Origin: an uncultured Elusimicrobia bacterium
GTDB taxonomy: Bacteria > Elusimicrobiota > Elusimicrobia > Elusimicrobiales > UBA9959
Direction: 5' to 3'
Length of the DNA: 64,000 bases
NCBI GenBank assembly: GCA_903879915.1
Contig: CAIRNJ010000102.1
Span: forward strand, 13,200-77,199
Part shown: piece after piece, positions 32,163-41,154 of the stretch
How the letters are laid out: each line of letters opens with the position of its first letter
Position numbering within the stretch: position 1 is the first letter of the stretch
The notes under the pieces: model-generated
What the model saw: only the letters and a program-made list of their open reading frames with translations
What the model was told of the DNA's origin: nothing
The model's database searches: none
Translations under genes and position numbers: made by a program

Positions 32163-32819
32163 TTATTTGCCCAGCTTCCTGAATATTACTATAAAGCGGT
32201 CCTCCTGCTCTCCCGGCAGGCGGTAGCTGAACTTCTCCGCCAGCCCGGCGCGGGCCTTGTGCATGACCTTCTCCAGCTCCGGGCGCGGCGCCGCCAGCTG
32301 GGCCGCGCTCTGCCAGGCCAGGAACACGCCGCCCTGCGTCAGCATATTTAAGCATTGGGGCAGTATGTTTTCAAGCTGTCCCATGGCGCGCTCGAGCACG
32401 GCGGCGTAGCGGGGGCTCTTCGGTCCTTCTCCCACCCTGCGCTGGAACACGGCGGCGTTGGAGATCTTCATCGCGGCGGCGGCGCGGCCCAGGAAGGCGC
32501 AGCGCTTGCCGTTGGAATCCAGCAGCTCGAACCTGAAGTTCTCCAGCGCGGCGGCCAGCGGCATGCCGGGGAAGCCGGCGCCGGTGCCGGAGTCGGCTAT
32601 CAGCGCGCCGGGCTTAAGCAGGCGGCGCAGCAGCGGCGCGGCCGCCAGGGAATCGGCGATATGGCGCTGCCAGATCAGCGGTTCGTCCTTTTGCGAGATC
32701 AGGTTCATCACGGCGTTGTTAGTTATGAGTTCGGCGGCGAAAATTCCGAGCCTTTCGGTCTGCGGCCCTGAAAGCTCCACGCCCCAGGCGGCCAGCGCGC
32801 TCTTCAGTTCATCGTTCAT
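32163..32819 (-). CDS. rsmG: 16S rRNA (guanine527-N7)-methyltransferase
   Basis: 218 aa. SAM-binding DSGTGAGFPGMPLA. Downstream of and overlapping mnmG (the classic gidA-gidB pair). Confidence 0.85.
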   Translation of the reverse strand: MNDELKSALAAWGVELSGPQTERLGIFAAELITNNAVMNLISQKDEPLIWQRHIADSLAAAPLLRRLLKPGALIADSGTGAGFPGMPLAAALENFRFELLDSNGKRCAFLGRAAAAMKISNAAVFQRRVGEGPKSPRYAAVLERAMGQLENILPQCLNMLTQGGVFLAWQSAAQLAAPRPELEKVMHKARAGLAEKFSYRLPGEQEDRFIVIFRKLGK

Positions 32820-34575
32820 TCTTGCTTCCTTTCTCCAGCAGCACCCACAGCAGCTGCACTTCGCCCGGCGTTACTCCCGGCACGCGGGCCGCCTGGGCGA
32901 GGGTGAGCGGCCGGTTGACTTCGAGCTTCTGCCTGGCCTCGTTGGACAGGGCTTTGATATGAGCGTACCTGAAATCCGCGGGTATTTCAAGGTGCTCGAA
33001 TTTTTTAAGGCGCTCGGCGTCAGCCTGGTTGCGCTTTATATAGGAGGCGTAGCTTTTTTCCACGGCGGCGGTGGCGCGCGCTTTCGCGAGCGTCCAGGGC
33101 CCTTCTTCCGGCAGGACGGCTTTGGTCTTTCCTTTCTCCGCCAGCTCGGCCGCCGCCGCGCGGTAGCGCTCGAAGACCGGGGCCAGCTCCGGACCCAGCA
33201 GCCCGAGCCTGAACCCGTGCCCGGCCAGGCGCAGGTCGGCGTTGTCCTGGCGCAGCATCAGCCGGTATTCCGCGCGCGACGTAAAAATGCGGTACGGCTC
33301 GTCCACGCCCTTGGACACCAGGTCGTCTATCATCACGCCTATGTAGGCCTCGTCGCGGCGCAGGATGAAAGGAGCTTCCCCCCGCACTTTCAGCGCCGCG
33401 TTCACGCCGGCCACCAGGCCCTGGGCCGCGGCCTCCTCGTAGCCGGTGGTGCCGTTCACCTGGCCGGCCAGGAACAGGCCGGGCACGGCGCGCGACTGCA
33501 GCGTGTAATCCAGGGCGCGGGGATCGCAGTAATCGTACTCGATGGCGTAGCCCGCGCGCATGAGCTCGGCTTTCTCCAGGCCGGCCACGGAACGGACAAT
33601 ATCTATCTGCGTGGCTTCCGGCAGGCTGGTGGAGAGGCCGTTGACGTAATATTCCTCGGTATCGAAGCCCTCCGGCTCCAGGAAAAGATGATGCGCCCCG
33701 TGGTGCGGGAATTTCACGATCTTATCCTCTATCGACGGGCAGTAGCGGGGCCCGGCAGAGCTTATTTTCCCGCTGTACAGCGGCGAGCCGCCGAGGCCGG
33801 CGGAAATCACGGCGGCGGTCTTCGCGTTGGTGCGCGTGATCCAGCAGGGCAGCAGCCGGCGGGTAATAGCGGGCGTGAAATGCGACAGCGGCAGGGCCGG
33901 GCTGTCGGGGGCCTGAGGTTCGCATTTCGAAAAATCTATGCCGCGCGCGTGCAGGCGCATGGGGGTGCCGGTTTTGAGGCGGCCCAGCCTGAGCCCCAGG
34001 CCTTCCAGGCTTTTCGACAGCAGGGAGCTGGGCGGATGGTTGTAGCGCCCGCCGGGGAAAGAGCGCAGCCCTATGTGGATGAGCCCGCGCAGAAAGGTGC
34101 CGGCCGTGAGGATGACGGCCGCCGCCCGGTAGCGCGTGCCGCGCGCGGTCAGCACGCCGCTCACTTTCCCCCCGCGCGTAAGCAGCTCGGCCGCTTCGTC
34201 CTGCACCAGCAGCAGCCCGCCCTGGCGCTCGAGAGCGTGCTTCATGGCGAACTGGTAAAGCTTCTTGTCGCACTGCGCCCGCGGCGAGTGCACCGCCGGC
34301 CCCCTGGAAATATTAAGCATGTGGCAGCTGAGCATGGCCCTGTCGGTGACCTTGGCCATCTCGCCGCCCAGCGCGTCGAGCTCGCGCACCAGCTGGCCTT
34401 TGCCCACCCCGCCTATGGACGGGTTGCAGGACATCTGCGCCACCGTGTCCAGGTCCTGCGTGAGCAGCAGCGTCCTCGCGCCCAGGCGCGCGGCCGCCAG
34501 CGCCGCTTCGCAACCGGCATGGCCGCCGCCTATCACCGCCACGTCGAAAATTTCGGGGTAGTCGAAAGCTTTCAT
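32809..34575 (-). CDS. mnmG: tRNA uridine-5-carboxymethylaminomethyl synthesis enzyme MnmG (GidA)
   Basis: 588 aa. N-terminal FAD motif DVAVIGGGHAGCEAALAAAR. Conserved GQLVRELDALGG and GLFLAGQVNGTTGYEEAAAQG. Confidence 0.95.
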   Translation of the reverse strand: MKAFDYPEIFDVAVIGGGHAGCEAALAAARLGARTLLLTQDLDTVAQMSCNPSIGGVGKGQLVRELDALGGEMAKVTDRAMLSCHMLNISRGPAVHSPRAQCDKKLYQFAMKHALERQGGLLLVQDEAAELLTRGGKVSGVLTARGTRYRAAAVILTAGTFLRGLIHIGLRSFPGGRYNHPPSSLLSKSLEGLGLRLGRLKTGTPMRLHARGIDFSKCEPQAPDSPALPLSHFTPAITRRLLPCWITRTNAKTAAVISAGLGGSPLYSGKISSAGPRYCPSIEDKIVKFPHHGAHHLFLEPEGFDTEEYYVNGLSTSLPEATQIDIVRSVAGLEKAELMRAGYAIEYDYCDPRALDYTLQSRAVPGLFLAGQVNGTTGYEEAAAQGLVAGVNAALKVRGEAPFILRRDEAYIGVMIDDLVSKGVDEPYRIFTSRAEYRLMLRQDNADLRLAGHGFRLGLLGPELAPVFERYRAAAAELAEKGKTKAVLPEEGPWTLAKARATAAVEKSYASYIKRNQADAERLKKFEHLEIPADFRYAHIKALSNEARQKLEVNRPLTLAQAARVPGVTPGEVQLLWVLLEKGSKNER

Positions 34576-35339
34576 ATAAGGAGCAGCGCCTGGAATATTT
34601 CCGGCGGGAGCAGGCCCAGCGCGGACAGCGAGAACAGGAACGCCGCGCCGGCCAGCATCGCCGGCACCGCGGCGGCCGCCGCCCGGGCCGCGGTAGTGCC
34701 GGCCAAAGCCGCGCAGGCCCTTACCAGGTAGACCAGCGCCAGCGCCGCCAGCGCGTACTGCAGCGCGCTGAAAGCGGTCTGCGAGCCCGCCAGCACGGCC
34801 GCGGCGCCGGCGGCGTCGGCCGCCAGCGTAATCACAGACAGCGCCAGGGCCGTCTTTAGCAGCGGGAGGTAAAGCCCCTTATTGACCAGCGCCGCCCTGA
34901 AGGCGCCGCCGGCCGCCAGGCCGGCCAGCAGCCAGGTGGCGCCGGCATAGGCGGGGCTGCCCTTGAAAGGCAGCAGGAAGAAAAAACCGTAGGCCGCCGT
35001 GCCCAGGGCCAGGCAGGCCAGGCGCAGCGGCAGCCTGCCAGACCTTAAAAAAGGAAGGAAGGCCGCCAGCAGGGCGCAGAAGAACAGCGTAAAGCCGAAC
35101 CCGCCCGGCAGCCCCACGGCGAGATACCACCAGAAACTTTTCCCCGCGGCCAGTTCCGCTCCCCCCGCCGCCTCGGCCAGGAACTCGGGCGGGAGGTGAT
35201 AAAGCAGCAGGGCCGAGGACACGGCCGACGCGCAATAAAGGGCCAGCGGCCAGCCCCAGCCGGTATTGCCCGCGGCTATCCCGGCGAAAGTTTCGCCCGG
35301 CCTGAACAGCAGCTTTACCGGAAAAATATCTTTTAGCAT
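34572..35339 (-). CDS. Hypothetical polytopic membrane protein (Ala/Leu/Gly-rich, possibly Yip1-like)
   Basis: 255 aa with at least 5 hydrophobic segments. Sits between mnmE and mnmG, overlapping the mnmG start by 4 nt. No diagnostic motif. Coding status rests on its position and a coherent TM pattern. Confidence 0.45.
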   Translation of the reverse strand: MLKDIFPVKLLFRPGETFAGIAAGNTGWGWPLALYCASAVSSALLLYHLPPEFLAEAAGGAELAAGKSFWWYLAVGLPGGFGFTLFFCALLAAFLPFLRSGRLPLRLACLALGTAAYGFFFLLPFKGSPAYAGATWLLAGLAAGGAFRAALVNKGLYLPLLKTALALSVITLAADAAGAAAVLAGSQTAFSALQYALAALALVYLVRACAALAGTTAARAAAAAVPAMLAGAAFLFSLSALGLLPPEIFQALLLI

Positions 35340-35345
35340 GTTCGT

Positions 35346-36713
35346 TTATTTCCCGACGCAGAAATTCCTGAAGATGTCCGCCAGCACTTCCTCGGGCGCG
35401 GTTTCGCCCAGTATCGCCCCCAGGGCTTCCAGGGCTCCCCGCAGATGCTCGGCCGCCAGTTCCAACTTCGGCCGGTCCTTTTTCATCAGGTCCTGCAGCC
35501 GGCCCAGCTCCGCGGCCGCGCCGCCCAGCGCTTCGAAGTGGCGGGCGAAGATCACCGGGGCTTCGGCCCCGTCGCGGAACACTTTTTTCTGCTTCTCCAC
35601 CAGTATGCGGCGCACGGCGGCGAGCCCCGCGCCGGTCCTGCACGAGGTCCTGATGGCGGCGGCCGCCCGCACTTTCGCCGGCAGGTCGGCCTTGGTAAGT
35701 ATCTCTATTAAAGCGGCTCCCGGCGCGGCAAGCTCACCCGCCCGCCGCCGGGCCAGCTTGTCCGAGGGGGTCAGCGGCGCGGAGCCGTCCTTGAGCAGCA
35801 GTATTATGTCCGCTTCCGAGACGGCCTTTGCGGCGCGCCGGATGCCTTCCGTCTCCAGCGGGCCGCGCGCCGCGGCGTTAAGCCCGGCGGTGTCGGTGAA
35901 GATCACCGAGAAACCGTGGATCTCCAGCGTCACTTCCAGGGTGTCGCGCGTAGTGCCGGCCTCGGGCGACACTATCGCCCGGTCGTAGCCCAGCAGCGCG
36001 TTCAAAAGCGAGGATTTCCCCGAGTTGGGGGCGCCGGTTATTACCACCCTTATGCCTTCGCGTATGCCGCGCCCGGCTTCGAACCCGGCGGCCAGGGCGA
36101 GCGTTTCCTTTTTCAGCGCCGCGGTGTCCCGCAGGAACGCGGCGGCGGCCACCGGCGCGGTCTCCTCGTAGGAATCGTCCAGGCGCGCCTCGAGCTCCGC
36201 CAGCAGGCGCACGGCGGCGGTTTTAAGGGCGCGCACCCGCGCCGACATGGTTCCCTGTACCTGGGCCAGGGCCGCGCGGTGGGCGGCCTCGGTGCCCGAG
36301 GCTATAAGGCCTCCGACGGCTTCCGCCTGGGCCAGGTCCAGCTTGCCGTTGAGGAAAGCGCGCAGCGTGAATTCGCCCGGCGCCGCCGGGACGGCCCCGC
36401 TGCGCACGGCGAGGTTAAGGAGGGTGCGGACTATGTAGGGTGAACCGTGGCAGGTTATCTCTACCGTATCCTGGCCGGTGTAAGAGGCCGGAGCCCTGAA
36501 AAAAACGGCCACCGTCCTGTCTATCAGGCGGGGGCCGTCCCTGACGTCGAGCATGCGCACCAGGCGGTGGGCGGGCGCGCGCTGCGGCGGGCTGGTGAAA
36601 GCGGCGGCGGTACTGAAAGCCCCGGGGCCGGACAGCCGGATTATGGCCAGCGCGCCTGTCCCCGGCGGGGTGGCCAGCGCTACAATGGTCCGGTCGGTAT
36701 CGGGCAGGGGCAT
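35346..36713 (-). CDS. mnmE: tRNA modification GTPase MnmE (TrmE)
   Basis: G1 motif GAPNSGKSSLLN, G3 DTAGL, and the C-terminal FCVGK (CxGK) motif. Confidence 0.9.
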   Translation of the reverse strand: MPLPDTDRTIVALATPPGTGALAIIRLSGPGAFSTAAAFTSPPQRAPAHRLVRMLDVRDGPRLIDRTVAVFFRAPASYTGQDTVEITCHGSPYIVRTLLNLAVRSGAVPAAPGEFTLRAFLNGKLDLAQAEAVGGLIASGTEAAHRAALAQVQGTMSARVRALKTAAVRLLAELEARLDDSYEETAPVAAAAFLRDTAALKKETLALAAGFEAGRGIREGIRVVITGAPNSGKSSLLNALLGYDRAIVSPEAGTTRDTLEVTLEIHGFSVIFTDTAGLNAAARGPLETEGIRRAAKAVSEADIILLLKDGSAPLTPSDKLARRRAGELAAPGAALIEILTKADLPAKVRAAAAIRTSCRTGAGLAAVRRILVEKQKKVFRDGAEAPVIFARHFEALGGAAAELGRLQDLMKKDRPKLELAAEHLRGALEALGAILGETAPEEVLADIFRNFCVGK

Positions 36714-36772
36714 AAAATTGAACAGCGTGACAGCAGCGGCGCCGCTGTCACGCTGTGCGGCTTTCCCTCGGC

Positions 36773-37948
36773 TTACTTGGGCTGCTGCGCTTCGGTCTTC
36801 TCCTCAGCGGGCGCGGGCTCGCTGCAGCAGGGGGCGTTATCGCCGCAGTGCGGGCAGGCCTCGGCCGACGGAGCTTTCGCTTCCTCGGCGGCGGGCTGGT
36901 CCTGCACGGGGGCCTGGGCCTGGTCCTGCACGGGGGCCGGTGCCTGCTCCTGCACCTGGGCCGGAGCCTGTTCCTGCGCCTGGGCCGGCGCCGCCGCCGG
37001 GGCCTGGCCTTCCGCGCGGCGTATTACCACCTTGCGCCAGCGCCCTTCTCCCTCGGAGCTGGTCTCTATGCCGGGGTGGGAGGCCTTTACGATGTTATGC
37101 ACCATTTTCCTCATAGAGGCGGGCATAGGTTCGAGCCGGCAGGGAACGGAGTTGGCCTTTACGGAATTCACGGCGTCCTCCACCATGCGGGCCAGTTCTT
37201 TTTCCTTGCTGTCCCAGTAACCGCCGGTATCCAGGCGCAGGGCCAGGTGCGGCTCGCGCTTGCGGCTTACTATGGAGTTCAGGACGAACTGCAGGGCCTG
37301 CAGCCCGCGGCCGTTGTCTTCCGTGAACGCGGCGGAATCCGGGCATTCGAAGCGTATGAAGAGCAGGTTCTCGCCCTCCTCCAGCCTGGCTTCGCTCACC
37401 GTGGCTTCCATTCCCATCAGGGAAGTTATCTTGAGCAGCACCGTCTTGGCGTGCTCCACCGGGTCCTTCAGGGGCTCGATGTTAAGGAAGGCCGCGCCGA
37501 GGGATTCCTCGTTGTAGGCGCGTTCCCGGGTGCGTTCGCTGTCCCTGTGGGGGCGCTCGCCGCGGGGCTGCTCGTCGCTGGCCTGCGGCGGCGGGAGCCT
37601 GGCGTCTTCGTAGCCGTAGCGCCCGGGCCGTCTGGCCGGCGCCGCCGGGCGGGTTTCGCTTCTGCCGCCGCCGCCGCCGCGGGTGTCCCTGCGGGGGCCG
37701 CGTCCGTCGCGGCGTCCTGCGCCTCCCCGGCGCGGTCCGCGGTCGCGCGGCTCGTCCTGGGTGCGTCCGTCGGTCCAGCGTTTCTCCCTGAGTATGACGC
37801 AGGCTTTTTTCGCGCCGAATCCCAGGAATCCGGTCGTGCCTTCGCTGACCACCACAACTTCCACCTGGTCGCGCCGCAGGCCCATTTCCGCAAGGCCTTT
37901 TTCTACGGCGTCCTGTATCGTTTTGGCTTCTGTCTTTGTTTCTCTCAT
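36773..37948 (-). CDS. jag: Jag/KhpB (Jag_N-KH-R3H RNA-binding protein) with an Arg/Gly-rich insert and an unusual repeat + Cys-rich C-terminal extension
   Basis: Jag_N-like start (TIQDAVEKGLAEMGL...VEVVVVSEG). R3H-like MRKMVHNIVKASHPGIETSSEGEGRWRKVVI. Position after yidC. The extension is described under findings. Confidence 0.8.
   Translation of the reverse strand: MRETKTEAKTIQDAVEKGLAEMGLRRDQVEVVVVSEGTTGFLGFGAKKACVILREKRWTDGRTQDEPRDRGPRRGGAGRRDGRGPRRDTRGGGGGRSETRPAAPARRPGRYGYEDARLPPPQASDEQPRGERPHRDSERTRERAYNEESLGAAFLNIEPLKDPVEHAKTVLLKITSLMGMEATVSEARLEEGENLLFIRFECPDSAAFTEDNGRGLQALQFVLNSIVSRKREPHLALRLDTGGYWDSKEKELARMVEDAVNSVKANSVPCRLEPMPASMRKMVHNIVKASHPGIETSSEGEGRWRKVVIRRAEGQAPAAAPAQAQEQAPAQVQEQAPAPVQDQAQAPVQDQPAAEEAKAPSAEACPHCGDNAPCCSEPAPAEEKTEAQQPK
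36896..37006 (-). repeat. Degenerate ~24-nt in-frame tandem repeat encoding (QAPAxVQ[E/D])n
   Basis: The plus strand shows ctggtcctgcacgggggcctgggc twice in succession, then two diverged copies. Encodes PAQAQEQAPAQVQEQAPAPVQDQAQAPVQDQ. Confidence 0.65.
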
Positions 37949-37982
37949 TTTAGTTGTCTCCTCCGTGTCACTGAAAATAGTG

Positions 37983-39533
37983 TCAGGCCATCTTGTTCTT
38001 GAGATACATGTTCTGCGCGAAACCCCAGATGCTGTTTATCAGCCAGTACATGACCAGCCCCGAGGGGAAGCTGAGGAACATGAACGTGAAGATGAGAGGC
38101 ATCCATTTCATCATCGCCGCCTGCGCGGGGTCGGCGGTCTGCGGCGAGAGGTGCTGCTGCAGGAACATTATCCCGCCCATCACCAGCGGCAGCACGTAGA
38201 ACGGGTCCTTGGCCGAAAGGTCCTTTATCCAGAAGATGAACGGCGCGCCGTGCAGCGTCCAGGAGTTCCTCAGCGCCGTGAACAGCGCGAAGAAGACCGG
38301 TATCTGCAGCAGCATCGGCAGGCAGCCGCCCAGCGGGTTGGTGCCGTGGCGCTTGTAAAGGTCCATGACCTCCTGGTTCATCCTTTTGGGGTCGTCCTTG
38401 TAGCGCTTCTGTATCTCCTGCATCTCCGGCTGTATTTTTTTCATCACCGCCATGGCCTTATAGCTCTTGAAGCTCAGCGGCGTGAGCAGCAGCTGTATCA
38501 GCACGCTGAGGATGACGATGGCCGCGCCGAAGTTCCCGGTGAGCCTGAAGAAATACGTCAGCGCGGAGTTGGCCAGTTTCGCCAGCGGCGAGAAAAAGCC
38601 GAAATCCACCGAGCGGTCCAGGCCCATGCCCAGTTTCTGAAGGCGCTGGTAGTCCTTGGGCCCCAGGTAGAAGCTGGTGGCCCATCTGCGGCTTTCGCCG
38701 GGGTTGAGCTGCTCCGCCGCGAAAGGCACGGCCAGCAGCGGCGCTTTGTTCGTCCCGACTTTCTCTTCCCTGCGCAGCGGGCGGGTCTTGTCGAGGTTCC
38801 CCCCCGCCAGGGCCGCCAGGAAATAGCGGTTGTCCACGCCGGCCCAGACGCAGTCGTTCTGCGCGGGCTCGTCCTTAAGGACCTTCACGGTGGGGTGCTT
38901 GCGCCCGGTCTCCATGAAAGCGTACGCGGCCCGCCAGAGCTTGGGGTTCTCTTTTTCCTCGCTTTTCGCGGTGCCCAGGCCCGGCCCGACGGTGAGCTCC
39001 CAGGCCGGCAGTATCTGCGGCGTTCTCCCCTTGTTCGTGATGTCCATGCTGAAGCTGTTGATGCCGCCGTCGGCCGACAGCACGAACTTCTTGGTCACTG
39101 TCAGCCCGCCGGGGCCGTCGGCCGAGAACTCCAGCGAGCCGGCCGTTCTGGCCTTAAGCCTGAAGCGGTAGGGCAGGGAGGACGCGAAGAAGCCCTGTCC
39201 GGCGTCGGGGATCAGCTCTATCGGGGCCACCGGGCCCTGGTAGATCACGCTTTTTATGGAGGCGGCGTCCGGGTAGAAAAGGTAGGCGGCTTTGCCGGCG
39301 CTTATCGCCGCCGCGCTTTTTTTCCAGTCGGCGGCCGGCAGGGCGGCGGAGGACGCCGGGGCCGGAGCGGCCGCGCCGGCGGCTAAAGGAGCGGGGCTCC
39401 CCGGCGTAACGGCGCCCGCGGCGGCGGTCTGCGCGCCCGCGGCCGGCGGTTTCAGGTTCTTGCCCAGATAGGAATACCAGCCTATATAGACCAGTGAAGA
39501 CAGAACTACCGCGAGTATAAGATTCCTCTGCAT
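37983..39533 (-). CDS. yidC: Membrane protein insertase YidC
   Basis: 516 aa. N-terminal TM segment, a large periplasmic domain and the conserved C-terminal core (NPLGGCLPMLLQIPVFFALF, PLVMGGIMFLQQ). Confidence 0.9.
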   Translation of the reverse strand: MQRNLILAVVLSSLVYIGWYSYLGKNLKPPAAGAQTAAAGAVTPGSPAPLAAGAAAPAPASSAALPAADWKKSAAAISAGKAAYLFYPDAASIKSVIYQGPVAPIELIPDAGQGFFASSLPYRFRLKARTAGSLEFSADGPGGLTVTKKFVLSADGGINSFSMDITNKGRTPQILPAWELTVGPGLGTAKSEEKENPKLWRAAYAFMETGRKHPTVKVLKDEPAQNDCVWAGVDNRYFLAALAGGNLDKTRPLRREEKVGTNKAPLLAVPFAAEQLNPGESRRWATSFYLGPKDYQRLQKLGMGLDRSVDFGFFSPLAKLANSALTYFFRLTGNFGAAIVILSVLIQLLLTPLSFKSYKAMAVMKKIQPEMQEIQKRYKDDPKRMNQEVMDLYKRHGTNPLGGCLPMLLQIPVFFALFTALRNSWTLHGAPFIFWIKDLSAKDPFYVLPLVMGGIMFLQQHLSPQTADPAQAAMMKWMPLIFTFMFLSFPSGLVMYWLINSIWGFAQNMYLKNKMA

Positions 39534-39577
39534 TGTGTTCCTCCCCGCGTTAAGCGCGGAGGCGTCGCAGGGAGCTT

Positions 39578-39820
39578 TCAGCGTACCGGGTCGTAACCGC
39601 CCGGAGTCAAAGGATGGCAGCGGGACAGGCGCCTTGCGGCCATGCCCGTCCCTTTTAAAATCCCGTGTTTGCCCAGCGCCTCGAACGCGTACTCGGAACA
39701 GGACGGCGTGAAACGGCAGGTCCCGGGCCCGAGGGCCGGCCTGAACGTCCTGTATGCCGAGCGCAGCGTGTTAAGCGCCAGTGTTTGAAGATTTTTAAAA
39801 ACGGTCTTTGTTACCGTCAT
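39578..39820 (-). CDS. yidD: Membrane protein insertion efficiency factor YidD
   Basis: 80 aa with the CRFTPSCSEYAFEAL...RLSRCHP motif. Confidence 0.85.
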   Translation of the reverse strand: MTVTKTVFKNLQTLALNTLRSAYRTFRPALGPGTCRFTPSCSEYAFEALGKHGILKGTGMAARRLSRCHPLTPGGYDPVR

Positions 39821-40164
39821 TATTTAAGACGCGCTCTTCGCCAGACGTTGTCCAGCGCCGCGCGGGCCTGTGCCAGATTCCCGACGGCGCAGCCCGCTTT
39901 CGGATATATGATAAAGTGCGCGCTTTCCTTTAACTCGTCTTTCGACAGCCTGAAAGCTTCCCTTAGAAGCCTTTTTAACCTGTTTCGTTGTACAGCGCCG
40001 CCGGTCTTTTTAGAGACCATAAGGCCGATCTTCTTTTCCGCGCCGCCGCCGGAGTGCCACATTACCAGGTCCCTGGTAACGGTTTTTTTCGCCGCGGCGA
40101 ATACCGCCTCAAAATCCTTCTTAAGGCGCAGGCGCGATGCTCTTGAAAAAGCGAACTTTTTCAC
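39820..40164 (-). CDS. rnpA: Ribonuclease P protein component
   Basis: 114 aa, basic. AVQRNRLKRLLREAFR (RNR motif). Position between rpmH and yidD. Confidence 0.8.
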   Translation of the reverse strand: MKKFAFSRASRLRLKKDFEAVFAAAKKTVTRDLVMWHSGGGAEKKIGLMVSKKTGGAVQRNRLKRLLREAFRLSKDELKESAHFIIYPKAGCAVGNLAQARAALDNVWRRARLK

Positions 40165-40215
40165 TGTTTTGTCCGTGTATGAAACTGACGATGCGGGCCG
40201 CGAGGCCCGCGCCGT

Positions 40216-40362
40216 TTATGACTTCATTCCGGGGATGAGCTGCCAGCGGCCTTTGCTGCGTCTGCGGGCCAGCGTTTTCCTGCCTCCGGCGGTTTTCATC
40301 TTGGCGCGGAAGCCTATGTGCTTCTTGCGCTTGCGTACGTTTGGTCTGTATGTTGGTAGCAT
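40216..40362 (-). CDS. rpmH: 50S ribosomal protein L34
   Basis: Start taken at ATG 40362: [42 protein letters not shown]..., which matches the L34 consensus. The longer track ORF adds a hydrophobic, non-L34 extension. Confidence 0.9.
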   Translation of the reverse strand: MLPTYRPNVRKRKKHIGFRAKMKTAGGRKTLARRRSKGRWQLIPGMKS

Positions 40363-40372
40363 GATGGTTATT

Positions 40373-40401
40373 ATTATATAAATAAGCGCGGGAAATTGCA
40401 A
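40373..40401 (-). promoter_or_regulatory. Near-consensus sigma70 promoter for rpmH-rnpA-yidD-yidC...
   Basis: The minus strand reads TTGCAA-N17-TATAAT. The -10 ends 10 nt before the rpmH ATG, implying a very short or absent leader. Confidence 0.5.
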
Positions 40402-40441
40402 AAGGCGGCCGGGATGTTTGGTAGAATATACCGACTTCCAT

Positions 40442-41095
40442 ATGATCTTCTGCGATCACGGCATTGTCCTCAACCGGCGCCAGCTGCGTGAAAACGACCG
40501 CATAGTGACGGTTTTTACCGAAGCGGGCGGCAAGCTGGAGGTCAATTTCAAGAGCGTGCGCCTGGCGCGCGGCAAACTGCGGGCGCTCAGCGAGCCGCTG
40601 TCCTGGAGCGACTTCCGCTTCTATCTTAAGAAAGGCTCCAATTTCCCGGTCTGCACGGGCGGCCGCTCGCTGAGCGTGTTCGCCGGCCTGCGCGGGGACC
40701 TGGACAGGCTGTGCCTGGGCCTGCATTACTGCGAGATCGTCAACCGCCTTACGCCGGCGCAGCAACCGGCCCCGGAGAAATACGCCCTGCTGCTGGGCGC
40801 GCTGCAGGACCTGGCGGCCCGCGGCGGCGGCGCCTGGCTGCGCCAGGCGTTCACCCTGCGGGTGCTGGACCTGGCGGGGTTCGGCTTCCGCGAGACCGCG
40901 GCCGGGCCGGACGCCGCGCTGTGGGATGTCCTTCACGACGGGGACTGGGCCGCCGTGCGCGCGCTGCCCGCAAACCCCGAAGCCGGCGTTTTCGTGGACG
41001 GCCTGCTCGGCCGGTTCTTCCGCGGGCAGATGGGCATAGAGCTGCGCACCCTGCCCTTCGTGCTCTCCGCCCCTCCGCCCCCTTCGCCGCGGTAG
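40442..41095 (+). CDS. recO: DNA repair protein RecO
   Basis: Start taken at ATG 40442 ([32 protein letters not shown]...), the typical RecO OB-fold N-terminus. The TTG at 40418 is an alternative start. Confidence 0.75.
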   Translation: MIFCDHGIVLNRRQLRENDRIVTVFTEAGGKLEVNFKSVRLARGKLRALSEPLSWSDFRFYLKKGSNFPVCTGGRSLSVFAGLRGDLDRLCLGLHYCEIVNRLTPAQQPAPEKYALLLGALQDLAARGGGAWLRQAFTLRVLDLAGFGFRETAAGPDAALWDVLHDGDWAAVRALPANPEAGVFVDGLLGRFFRGQMGIELRTLPFVLSAPPPPSPR

Positions 41096-41154
41096 AAAGG
41101 TATAATATTCAAAGTATAAAGGCCGCCGCGCAGCCGCGGCGGCCGGAGGCTAAC

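Noticed and set aside
32458-34731. 757-aa plus-strand ORF antisense to mnmG/rsmG. Likewise 36755..38002 and 37683..39386 (antisense to jag/yidC), and 35266..35988 and 35916..36443 (antisense to mnmE)
   Set aside because: The opposite strand carries unmistakable MnmG, RsmG, Jag, YidC and MnmE sequences. The plus-strand translations are low-complexity.
40711-41154. N-terminal extensions of track ORFs: glyQ from 40711, proS from 59164, tlpA-like from 50047, LTXXQ gene from 13935, PEBP from 8854, X-domain gene from 8161, rsmH from 30390
   Set aside because: The extensions overlap the preceding gene in another frame or add non-homologous, Arg-rich residues. Internal starts with an RBS and/or a signal peptide, and family-typical N-termini, were chosen instead.
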